A DNA stretch of 59,086 nt from IMG/VR virus record IMGVR_UViG_3300008108_000133, positions 1 through 59,086 of that record. One strand, written 5' to 3'. This DNA is from a virus. Its lineage: Duplodnaviria > Caudoviricetes. Position 1 is the first letter of the stretch, and each line of letters begins with the position of its first letter. The position numbers and the translations under genes are program-made. The notes beneath the pieces were generated by a model. That model had not been told where the DNA came from. It did not search any database and was given only the letters and a program-made list of their open reading frames with translations. This document shows positions 18,430 through 26,885 of the stretch, one piece after another.

Positions 18430-18630
18430 GAGCAATACAATCCAGATCTTCCCTGACATAATGCCAGAAGAGTCGAGTCCACAGAAGACTGTAGAAGAGT
18501 CCTCTGGGATTATTACACTTCAGAATTGGATTGTATTACCCAATTAGAGGTGAGGCATTAATAAAGGAACCATTGCTGGAATCTTTTAGTAATACATCGG
18601 GTCTCTAATGAAGAGGATTGCTCCTCTTAT
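18430..18630 (-). ncRNA. putative structured leader RNA/ncRNA (three hairpin domains, two GCAA tetraloops)
   Basis: Stems 18611-17/18622-28, 18543-49/18603-09, 18434-44/18527-37, 18458-68/18503-13; extensions pair only as G-U on the minus strand. Confidence 0.65.
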
Positions 18631-18633
18631 CAA

Positions 18634-18640
18634 TATTTAG
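18634..18640 (-). promoter_or_regulatory. T4-type late promoter motif for the island
   Basis: CTAAATA on the minus strand 5 nt before the first hairpin. Confidence 0.55.
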
Positions 18641-18645
18641 TAAAT

Positions 18646-18999
18646 TTATTTTGTCTTAAGATGAACACTTTTTCGTTCTTCTTGCCACTTCAAGAAACCT
18701 GCCATAGTATTTGGATACTTTGGTTTTCTTCTACCTCTTGGTTTCTTTTGATGTTTCATAGCGATTTCATAATTACTCCAAGTTAATTCAAGTTCTTCTG
18801 GTCCGTTATCGAAGTGATAGAATCCATCTGTCCAAAAGTCAAACGAAGATTTATTTTGTATATGATCGCACCACAATTTAAATGATGCAAATACAAATAA
18901 CCATCCAAGTCTGAGTTTTGAAAAGAAGTCTTTGAGTGTGATCATTTTTACTCCTTTAAACTCATCATTATATAGTCTGGGGTAAGTAAAAATTTTCAT
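18646..18999 (-). CDS. hypothetical protein with basic C-terminus
   Basis: ORF track; likely start MITLKD with AAGGAG RBS. Confidence 0.55.
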   Translation of the reverse strand: MKIFTYPRLYNDEFKGVKMITLKDFFSKLRLGWLFVFASFKLWCDHIQNKSSFDFWTDGFYHFDNGPEELELTWSNYEIAMKHQKKPRGRRKPKYPNTMAGFLKWQEERKSVHLKTK

Positions 19000-19027
19000 T
19001 GACTTCTTTTATAAAGTATTGTAAACT
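18999..19027 (+). promoter_or_regulatory. psbD sigma70 promoter with overlapping HLR1-like direct repeat
   Basis: TTGACT-N17-TAAACT; minus strand TTTACAAT-AC-TTTATAAA at 19008-19025. Confidence 0.55.
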
Positions 19028-19053
19028 AAATATGAGAAATAACTAAGGAGGTT

Positions 19054-19914
19054 ATGACTTCTTCAACACTTTCACAACCTATTCAACAACGAGGATGGTT
19101 TGATGTCCTGGATGACTGGCTTAAACGAGATCGCTTTGTATTTGTGGGTTGGTCTGGATTACTACTTTTTCCCACTGCTTATCTTGCCCTTGGTGGCTGG
19201 CTTACTGGCACAACGTTTGTTATAGGGTTTATGCTTCGTCAGTTTGAGATTGCAAGACTTGTAGGCATCCGTCCTTATAACGCTATTGCTTTCTCTGGTC
19301 CTATTGCTGTATTCGTTTCTGTGTTCCTGATGTATCCACTGGGTCAGTCCAGTTGGTTCTTCGCACCTTCCTTTGGTGTTGCAGCGATTTTTAGGTTCCT
19401 CTTATTCCTTCAAGGTTTTCATAACTGGACGCTCAACCCCTTTCATATGATGGGAGTTGCTGGTATACTAGGTGGAGCATTACTCTGTGCAATTCACGGA
19501 GCAACAGTTGAAAATACATTATTTGAAGACAGTGACCAAGCAAACACTTTCAAAGCATTTGAACCGACTCAAGAGGAAGAGACGTATTCTATGGTCACGG
19601 CGAATCGTTTCTGGTCTCAGATTTTTGGTATCGCTTTTAGCAACAAGAGGTGGCTTCATTTCTTTATGCTCTTTGTTCCCGTCATGGGACTCTGGACAAG
19701 TTCCATTGGAATCATTGGTTTGGGTTTGAACTTGAGAGCTTATGATTTTGTAAGTCAGGAGATTCGTGCTGCTGAAGACCCGGAATTTGAAACCTTTGTA
19801 ACAAAGAACATATTATTGAATGAGGGAATTCGTGCTTGGATGGCTCCAGTAGACCAACCACATATGAATCTGGTGCTACCCGAAGAGGTATTACCACGCG
19901 GGAACGCCTTGTGA
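19054..19914 (+). CDS. psbD: photosystem II D2 protein with in-frame internal deletion (~67 aa); may be non-functional or an assembly artefact
   Basis: D2 N- and C-termini intact ([16 protein letters not shown]...LPRGNAL) but GTTFV joined directly to IGFMLRQ; 286 aa. Confidence 0.95.
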   Translation: MTSSTLSQPIQQRGWFDVLDDWLKRDRFVFVGWSGLLLFPTAYLALGGWLTGTTFVIGFMLRQFEIARLVGIRPYNAIAFSGPIAVFVSVFLMYPLGQSSWFFAPSFGVAAIFRFLLFLQGFHNWTLNPFHMMGVAGILGGALLCAIHGATVENTLFEDSDQANTFKAFEPTQEEETYSMVTANRFWSQIFGIAFSNKRWLHFFMLFVPVMGLWTSSIGIIGLGLNLRAYDFVSQEIRAAEDPEFETFVTKNILLNEGIRAWMAPVDQPHMNLVLPEEVLPRGNAL

Positions 19915-19941
19915 TAAAAATATAATACCATGTGGAAACGC

Positions 19942-19963
19942 AAAGACCCTTCGGGGTCTTTTT
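19942..19963 (+). terminator. rho-independent terminator
   Basis: aagaccc-TTCG-gggtctt + T tract. Confidence 0.9.
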
Positions 19964-19964
19964 A

Positions 19965-20000
19965 TTGACTAATGACCACAAATATGATATTATATAAATA
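19965..20000 (+). promoter_or_regulatory. sigma70 plus late promoter for the endonuclease
   Basis: TTGACT-N17-TATTAT, then TATAAATA at 19993-20000. Confidence 0.65.
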
Positions 20001-20021
20001 ATAATAGAGTTCTTAAAGAAG

Positions 20022-20576
20022 ATGGGATTAAATAATAAATCTATACCTTGCGGTGAATTAGTTGGAAGAACATTTGGTAGGTTGACTGTGATAAAAGAAT
20101 ATAGTAATAAAAAATATATTCTATGTGAATGCTCTTGTTCTTGTGGAAAGAAAACAACTTCAACAAGAAGAGAAGGACTTTTGAATGGTAGAACACAATC
20201 TTGTGGTTGTCTTCGTATAGAACGAGCAGTTGAAACTAATAAAAAAAGATTTGACCCAAACGCAGTATCAAAGTCTGTTGAATATAGAATGTTAACAAGG
20301 GCAAAAAGTAGAGCAAAACAAAGTGATATTCCATTTAATCTTGAACTTACTGATATAGTCATTCCAGAAACTTGCCCTTTGCTTGGTATTCCTATTGAGA
20401 TACAACCAAAGAAAGGATATCATCCAAATAGTCCTTCATTGGATAAAATCATTCCAGAAAAAGGATACATAAAAGGTAATGTATGGGTTATAAGTAATAG
20501 AGCAAACACTCTTAAAAATGACGCATCCCTACAAGAACTTGAACTACTCGTAGAAAACCTCAAAGCACTTAAATGA
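20022..20576 (+). CDS. free-standing HNH-type homing endonuclease
   Basis: GRTFGRLTV...CSCSCG...SCGC N-terminus; CPLLG, SLDKIIPEKGYIKGNVWVISNRAN nuclease core. Confidence 0.8.
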   Translation: MGLNNKSIPCGELVGRTFGRLTVIKEYSNKKYILCECSCSCGKKTTSTRREGLLNGRTQSCGCLRIERAVETNKKRFDPNAVSKSVEYRMLTRAKSRAKQSDIPFNLELTDIVIPETCPLLGIPIEIQPKKGYHPNSPSLDKIIPEKGYIKGNVWVISNRANTLKNDASLQELELLVENLKALK

Positions 20577-21127
20577 AACGCAGCATACTTGCTATTCTTT
20601 TTCTTCTATCCTTTGTCCCCATCAGTAGTCAGAATAAGACTCTGAGCAACTATGGGGTCAAGGATAGAACCGTCACGCCCACAGTCATCAGTAATGTTGT
20701 ATCCAATGTTCCGATGACCCGTGCGATGAGTTATGAGAAGCTACAAACTCTGGTTCCTTATATCAAGAGAGCAAGTAAGCAGTTTCACATTCCAGAGAAT
20801 GTGATCGCAGCAGTTCTGTATGAGGAAATACTTCACCGCAAACCAGTGGACGTAAAGACCTTTGGTGTCGCACAACTGGGTCTAAAAGAACTTATTACAC
20901 AAGGACTTCCTCCCAAGAGAGAACTGCTGGATGATGATGAAGTAGCAGTCTGGTTACTCGCAAGCAAACTTCGCAGACTTCAAAACGAAACTGGATCTTT
21001 GAGAGACGCGATTATTCTTCATAATGGTTACTATGATTATTATGACTCTGTAAGAAAGACCGCAAAAGACCCAAAGATATTAACACTATTATCTCAACAA
21101 CAACACCGTATAACAATAATAACGTGA
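20573..21127 (+). CDS. lysozyme-fold/lytic transglycosylase-like protein with signal peptide
   Basis: IPENVIAAVLYEE, FGVAQLG, AIILHNG pattern. Confidence 0.55.
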   Translation: MKRSILAILFLLSFVPISSQNKTLSNYGVKDRTVTPTVISNVVSNVPMTRAMSYEKLQTLVPYIKRASKQFHIPENVIAAVLYEEILHRKPVDVKTFGVAQLGLKELITQGLPPKRELLDDDEVAVWLLASKLRRLQNETGSLRDAIILHNGYYDYYDSVRKTAKDPKILTLLSQQQHRITIIT

Positions 21128-21264
21128 TCAGTTCAGAAACTCCAAATAAATTAGCAGAAATAATTCGTGATACTTGGCCAAATCTTTACCGACCTTCTAA
21201 AGTATCTTATAAGACTTCAAAAAATGAAAAACATTTTTTAGTAAGAGAAAATGAACTAAAATAA
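21124..21264 (+). CDS. small conserved-type cyanophage protein (46 aa)
   Basis: Hand-translated (GTG) MISSETPNKLAEIIRDTWPNLYRP...; GTGA coupling. Confidence 0.5.
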   Translation: MISSETPNKLAEIIRDTWPNLYRPSKVSYKTSKNEKHFLVRENELK

Positions 21265-21331
21265 ATATTTTTTATTGTAGTAATTTTGAATATATAAGAA
21301 TTTTATTGAATATAGATTCATAAACTTGTAA

Positions 21332-21538
21332 GACTTATATTATGATTGGATAAATAATAAAAAGTCATCTATTGGTGTGATTGTACAAGACGTTGAAAAA
21401 GTTCTTCCAGAACTGGTATCTGATACTGATCCAAAGACTGTTAATTATGATGGATTGATTGCAGTATTAATTGAAGCAATTAAAGAACAACAAGTTCGTA
21501 TCGAAGAGTTGGAGAATAATAAAATATTAAATGAATAA
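21332..21538 (+). pseudogene. orphan C-terminal fragment of a peptidase S74 tail-fibre chaperone domain
   Basis: YYDWINNKKSSIGVIVQDVEKVLPELV...[20 protein letters not shown] after an in-frame TAA; matches the C-termini of 44422 and 47491. Confidence 0.75.
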
Positions 21539-22076
21539 ATTGGAGGATTTAATATTTGTTGGAAATAATATCGATGTAATTGATTCTCTGAAAAGTTACA
21601 TCAAAAATTCCAATCTAAAATTTAAATCTGATGATGTGACTACAAAACAAAAATTTACAAAAAATCAGAGAGCATGTGATATTGCTTGGATACCTTGTAA
21701 AAAAAGCAATATTGTAAATGAAGTTCTGACTGATCTTTTAAATTCTGCTAATAATCTTAAATGGAAGTTAAATCTTTCTGAATGGCAATGTAATATACAG
21801 TATACATATTATTATCATTACAATCACCATTATGATTGGCACACTGATGTTTTAGATAATTCTAATCCAGATTTAAAAAGACTGATTACCATAGTTTATT
21901 GTTTAACTCCCAAAATTAATTACAAAGGTTGTAAGTTAGAAATCAAATATAATGATGAAATTTTTTCAAAAAAATTAGATATTGGTGATTATGTTGTTTT
22001 TCCTTCAGATTTAACTCATAGAGCAACTAAACTCATAACTGGAGAAAGAGAAGTATTAGTAGGTTGGTATAAATAA
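21531..22076 (+). CDS. 2OG-Fe(II) oxygenase (prolyl-hydroxylase-like)
   Basis: YDWHTD (HxD), FPSDLTHR, REVLVGW. Confidence 0.85.
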   Translation: MNKLEDLIFVGNNIDVIDSLKSYIKNSNLKFKSDDVTTKQKFTKNQRACDIAWIPCKKSNIVNEVLTDLLNSANNLKWKLNLSEWQCNIQYTYYYHYNHHYDWHTDVLDNSNPDLKRLITIVYCLTPKINYKGCKLEIKYNDEIFSKKLDIGDYVVFPSDLTHRATKLITGEREVLVGWYK

Positions 22077-22096
22077 TTTTTAATTGGTTTCCTTCA

Positions 22097-22795
22097 ATGG
22101 ATAAAAAAATCACAATATTGGGTGATCCATTTCCACATCTAATTGCTGAAAACTTTTATGATGAGGAAGAGTTAAAACTAATTTGGGAAGTACTTGATTC
22201 AATAACAGAAGAGCAAAAGTTTTTACCTCCCGGAAATGTTCATGGAGCATCTGCATATAAAGATGATAGATTAGTTTTTCTCACAAATCATAAAGCAATA
22301 CGATTAAACGACTTTTATGATGAGAAACCTTATTCAAATATTTTCAAATTATTTAAAAAAAAGTTTGATCCTCAGTTTTTCAATTCTTTTGTGAACAGAT
22401 TTCCTCAATTTTTAAGTTTATCAGATTTAGAAAATGCTCACTGCCTAGTAAAAGCAAGATACTATGCAGATGGAGAATATTACAAACCACATACTGATTA
22501 TAGAAGTAGTTACGCAATATTTACTTATTTCAATAAACAACCGAAAAAATATACAGGAGGAGAATTATATTTCCCTCAATATGGAAACTATCATTTTAAA
22601 TGCGAACACAATACTCTGATTCTTACTCCAGCATATGTGAAGCATTCAGTTAAAAAAGTGAATATTGGGAAAGAAGATTATAGTAATAATTTTGGTAGGT
22701 ATGCCATTACATATTTTATTGGTATGACTCCTTCACCAATGTATCCAGAACTTTCGAATAAATGGAAAATAAAAGAATGGGATTCTGAAGAATGA
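22097..22795 (+). CDS. 2OG-Fe(II) oxygenase
   Basis: YKPHTD, GGELYF, KHSV, GRYAIT. Confidence 0.85.
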   Translation: MDKKITILGDPFPHLIAENFYDEEELKLIWEVLDSITEEQKFLPPGNVHGASAYKDDRLVFLTNHKAIRLNDFYDEKPYSNIFKLFKKKFDPQFFNSFVNRFPQFLSLSDLENAHCLVKARYYADGEYYKPHTDYRSSYAIFTYFNKQPKKYTGGELYFPQYGNYHFKCEHNTLILTPAYVKHSVKKVNIGKEDYSNNFGRYAITYFIGMTPSPMYPELSNKWKIKEWDSEE

Positions 22796-23520
22796 GTAAT
22801 ATCTGTCAAATTTATCACACTTCGCATTGTGGTTCAACATTGATGTCTACTCTGTTGAGATTTTCTTCAGAAGTTTATTCTGAACCTCCTTGGTTGCCTA
22901 CATTATCTAAAAAAGAATTGTCTAAAATCTTGGACGAAAGATCTGATTGTATAATTAAATTTCCAAGCATATATTGCTTCTTTTCTAATTATTATCCTGG
23001 AAAAAAAGTATTTTTGTACCGCAATTTAAAACAACATCTAGTTAAAATTTTGTCATTAGAGAAGAAAAGAATTGACAAAATAGTTTCTCAAGTTGATTGG
23101 TATGGTAATGAATGTTTGCACCCTTTGGTTAAAAAACATTCATTAGAGACTGGTATCAAAAAAATTACAGCAATGTGGGTGAGCAGAATATTATATCTGA
23201 TGGAAGTTGAAGATGTTATGTGGATTAAGTCGAATGATTTTTTTGCAAACAAAAAAGAGATAATGAATAATGTTTGTGAGCACTTCAATGCTCCTAAAGT
23301 TGAAGATTTTTCTATTGCAGAATTTTATGTAAAAGAAGTCGGGTTTAAACCTGGAATAGAAGTTCCTTTGAGTGATATTATTCCAGACACAAAGGATAAA
23401 AAACCTATAGATTCTTCCTTTGGTATTATTGGTAATGATTGTGATGTTAATATTGAAATTGAAACTATAATCTCTTGGGTTCGTGTGAATTTTCCATCAA
23501 TTCCTTATAGTTTACTTTAA
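22792..23520 (+). CDS. sulfotransferase-like protein
   Basis: HTSHCGSTL (PAPS 5'-loop-like), SEP, FLYRN. Confidence 0.55.
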   Translation: MSNICQIYHTSHCGSTLMSTLLRFSSEVYSEPPWLPTLSKKELSKILDERSDCIIKFPSIYCFFSNYYPGKKVFLYRNLKQHLVKILSLEKKRIDKIVSQVDWYGNECLHPLVKKHSLETGIKKITAMWVSRILYLMEVEDVMWIKSNDFFANKKEIMNNVCEHFNAPKVEDFSIAEFYVKEVGFKPGIEVPLSDIIPDTKDKKPIDSSFGIIGNDCDVNIEIETIISWVRVNFPSIPYSLL

Positions 23521-23581
23521 GGATTTGTATAAATAATCAAAGAAATAAAACAGTTTATTATAATCAATCGTATACGGTAGT

Positions 23582-24892
23582 ATGCCTAATCAGTTTATGT
23601 CTCCAGAAGGAGACTTAGAAACCACTAATTATTTTGTTACTGAACATTGGTTGATTGACCAGTATGTTGGTGATAAGTTATTTGGTTGGGGTTATAATTC
23701 TAGTGGACCACTAGGAGATAATACTACAACTACTAGATATGTTCCGGTCACAACATTTGCAGGAGGAACCAACTGGAAGTCTATTGCGGTGGGACAAGGA
23801 TATGGCGGTTCTATAGCAATTAAAACTGATGGAACTTTATGGGGTTGGGGTTCTCAGAGTTTTGGAAATTTGGGTACATTCAATTTTCCATCTGCTAGTA
23901 GAATCACTCCAGTAACAACCTTTTTAGGAGGAACCGACTGGAAACAAGCTTCTGCGGAAAATGAGTGTACGGCAGCAGTTAAAACTGATGGAACTTTGTG
24001 GGTTTGGGGTACATCTACCCAACTAGGAATAAACAGAACTGGTACTAATGTATGTACTCCAGTTACAACATTTTCAGGTGGAACCAACTGGAAACAAGTT
24101 GATATTGCAAGAAGACCATATTCTTTAGGTACTAATGCTAGTTCTATGGCAGCAATCAAAACTGATGGAACCCTATGGGTTTGGGGAGATAATTTTAATG
24201 CAATGTTGGGAGTTAATGATGCAGCTACTAGATGCACTCCAGTCACAATATTTGGAGGAGGGACTAACTGGAGACAAGTTTCGTGCGGAAGCGGTTTTAC
24301 GGCTGCAATAAAAACCGATGGAACTTTATGGACTTGGGGAGTTAATACTTTTGGACAATTAGGTATCAATACAACAACCGATAGATCCACTCCAGTCACA
24401 ACATTCGCAGGAGGAACCAACTGGAAGCAAGTTTCTTGCGGATATTTACATACTACAGCAATCAAAACTGATGGAACCCTATGGATTTGGGGCGCTGGGG
24501 GTAATGGACGATTAGGGGATAATGTATCAATATCAACTAGATCCACTCCAATCACAACATTTGCTGGAGGAAACAATTGGAAACAAGTAAGTGCTGGATG
24601 GTCACATACGGCAGCAATCAAAACTGATGGAACCTTATGGACTTGGGGTTATGATGTTTATGGTTATGGATTATTAGCTCAAGGTTCTACGACTCCATCT
24701 GATAGATCCACTCCAGTTACAACATTTGCTGGAGGAACCAACTGGAAACAAGTTTCTTGTGGAAGATTTCATACTATTGCAGTAACTTCTGGTGAACAAA
24801 TAGATATCTTCGATCCTGCTGCACCTATTGTTACACCACCTGCTCCTCCACCACCTCCACCACCGCCACCAGGTGGTCGCGATGATAACTAA
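23582..24892 (+). CDS. RCC1/BLIP-II-type 7-blade beta-propeller protein with poly-Pro tail
   Basis: 7 repeats of TPVTTFAGGTNWKQVS...AAIKTDGTLWxWG; TATAAATA at 23528. Confidence 0.85.
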   Translation: MPNQFMSPEGDLETTNYFVTEHWLIDQYVGDKLFGWGYNSSGPLGDNTTTTRYVPVTTFAGGTNWKSIAVGQGYGGSIAIKTDGTLWGWGSQSFGNLGTFNFPSASRITPVTTFLGGTDWKQASAENECTAAVKTDGTLWVWGTSTQLGINRTGTNVCTPVTTFSGGTNWKQVDIARRPYSLGTNASSMAAIKTDGTLWVWGDNFNAMLGVNDAATRCTPVTIFGGGTNWRQVSCGSGFTAAIKTDGTLWTWGVNTFGQLGINTTTDRSTPVTTFAGGTNWKQVSCGYLHTTAIKTDGTLWIWGAGGNGRLGDNVSISTRSTPITTFAGGNNWKQVSAGWSHTAAIKTDGTLWTWGYDVYGYGLLAQGSTTPSDRSTPVTTFAGGTNWKQVSCGRFHTIAVTSGEQIDIFDPAAPIVTPPAPPPPPPPPPGGRDDN

Positions 24893-24928
24893 ATTAATAC
24901 TATAAATATTTAAAAAAAAAAAAGAATT

Positions 24929-25612
24929 ATGGAATTTGCACTTATACACGACAATCAATTATTGCTTGGTCCCATCGGATTCAATGTCCGTATGATTAAT
25001 TCTGATTTGGAAGAACTAGAATTAGATGATAGGGTAACATCTCAAAGTTATAGTCAAGTTCCCATTCATTTTTCTGATGGACTTACTCATCTAGTTCTAG
25101 CTAGAAAAGTTGTACCTGAACATGATCCAAAGTATCATAATGTTGGAAATTTTAATTGGGAAATCGTTGAAGATATTGAGGATGATCTTGCAGTAGAAGT
25201 GGTATTTACTTATCCAATTTCAGATAAAACATTAGAGGAAGTAAAAAATATTCGTAAGCAGGAAATCGTACCAACTAGAAAACAAAAAGAAAATACTATT
25301 ATTAAAGTTACAATTAATGATACTGAAGTTGAAGTGCCTACAACAAGAGAAGAGAGATTAATATTAGCAAGTAAAGTAGCTTCAGAACCACAATCTCATA
25401 ATTATAAATTTGGAAATACTTGGTTAGAAGTCACTAAAGAAAATCTTCAGTATATTATTGGAGAAATTGATAAGGTTGTTCAGGAAGCATATGATTGGGA
25501 ACTAGCAAAACTTCAAGAAATTGATTCATGTGAAACAATTGATGATGTTTATAATGTAGAGATTGCTCCATCTTTAAAAAATGCTCTAGATTTAGAGATT
25601 CCTACAATTTAG
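24929..25612 (+). CDS. DUF4376-like tail-fibre-associated protein
   Basis: KTLEEVKNIRKQEI...VQEAYDWE pattern; TATAAATA at 24901. Confidence 0.55.
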   Translation: MEFALIHDNQLLLGPIGFNVRMINSDLEELELDDRVTSQSYSQVPIHFSDGLTHLVLARKVVPEHDPKYHNVGNFNWEIVEDIEDDLAVEVVFTYPISDKTLEEVKNIRKQEIVPTRKQKENTIIKVTINDTEVEVPTTREERLILASKVASEPQSHNYKFGNTWLEVTKENLQYIIGEIDKVVQEAYDWELAKLQEIDSCETIDDVYNVEIAPSLKNALDLEIPTI

Positions 25613-25616
25613 TAAC

Positions 25617-26849
25617 ATGCCAACTTTCAATTTTAAACTTTCTGACGGTAGAGATTTAGGAGATGTTGTTTCCTGGATTCCTAAAGATTACTTGCTATCT
25701 GTTTATCCGCAGATTGGAAACCAGTTAATTACTCCAGAGTTGTGGACTTGGGGTTATACTAATAATGGAGATCTGGGAACAAATGATAATATCTCAAGAT
25801 CAACACCAGTTACAACATTTGCAGGTGGTGCTAACTGGAAACAATGTTCCGGTAGGTATGCGATAAAAAATGATGGGACCTTATGGACTTGGGGTTGGGG
25901 ATTATTAGGAAATCTTGGGAATAATGCAACAACCGATAGGTCTACTCCAGTCACAACATTTGCTGGAGGAACCAACTGGAAACAAGTTGCTAATGGATAT
26001 CTGTATGCTGTTGCTGTTAAAACTGATGGAACTTTATGGGGTTGGGGATTTAATGGAAGAAATTCATTAGGATCTAATGATACCACAAATAGAAATAGTC
26101 CAATCCCAACATTTGCGGGAGGAACCAATTGGAAACAAGTTGATTCTGGATATGCTCATGTTGCAGCAGTTAAAACCGATGGAACTTTATGGACTTGGGG
26201 ATATAGTCTTGGAACTTTTTCAGAAGAGGCTGGACAATTAGGTACTAATGCGACAGGAAATAGACCTACTCCAGTCACAACATTTGCTGGTGGAACCAAT
26301 TGGAAACAAGTTTCTTGCGGGCAGTATCATACTGCAGCAATTAAAACTGATGGAACTTTATGGACTTGGGGGTATAATAATTGGGCCCAAATAGGTGACA
26401 ATACAACTAGATCTAGATCAACTCCAGTCACAACATTTGCAGGAGGGACAAATTGGAAACAAGTTTCTTGTGGGCAGTATCATACTGCAGCAATCAAAAC
26501 TGATGGAACATTATGGACCTGGGGACGAGGATCTAGTGGTAGACTTGGGACTAATAATGGTTCAGATAGGTCCACTCCAGTCACAACATTTGCTGGTGGA
26601 ACCAATTGGAAACAAATTGCTAGTGGAAATAATAATACTGCAGCAACCAAAACTGATGGAACTTTGTGGGTTTGGGGAGATGGTTCATTTGGAGTGTTAG
26701 GTAATAATGTAAACGGGACGAGTGCATTAACTCCAGTCACAACATTTGCAGGAGGAACTAATTGGAAAACTTTAGGATTTTTGAGATTTTATAGTGGACC
26801 TGGAATTTTTACAGCAATCAAAACTTCGGATGATTTACAAGGTATTTAA
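25617..26849 (+). CDS. RCC1-type 7-blade beta-propeller protein
   Basis: 7 repeats of the same unit. Confidence 0.85.
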   Translation: MPTFNFKLSDGRDLGDVVSWIPKDYLLSVYPQIGNQLITPELWTWGYTNNGDLGTNDNISRSTPVTTFAGGANWKQCSGRYAIKNDGTLWTWGWGLLGNLGNNATTDRSTPVTTFAGGTNWKQVANGYLYAVAVKTDGTLWGWGFNGRNSLGSNDTTNRNSPIPTFAGGTNWKQVDSGYAHVAAVKTDGTLWTWGYSLGTFSEEAGQLGTNATGNRPTPVTTFAGGTNWKQVSCGQYHTAAIKTDGTLWTWGYNNWAQIGDNTTRSRSTPVTTFAGGTNWKQVSCGQYHTAAIKTDGTLWTWGRGSSGRLGTNNGSDRSTPVTTFAGGTNWKQIASGNNNTAATKTDGTLWVWGDGSFGVLGNNVNGTSALTPVTTFAGGTNWKTLGFLRFYSGPGIFTAIKTSDDLQGI

Positions 26850-26885
26850 TATATGATATAATACTCCTATATCATACCCAAAAAT

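Noticed and set aside
19054-19914. Intron or split-gene explanation for the short psbD
   Set aside because: Sequence is missing rather than inserted, and the absent TSWYTHG...HGAF segment was not found in any listed frame of this window
24912-24923. A12 homopolymer as a phase-variation switch
   Set aside because: Intergenic, in an AT-rich leader, no frame effect; nothing further supports it
23854-26740. Antisense ORFs over the RCC1 genes (and 31692-33242, 44670-47063)
   Set aside because: Mirror frames of repetitive Gly/Thr-rich coding sequence
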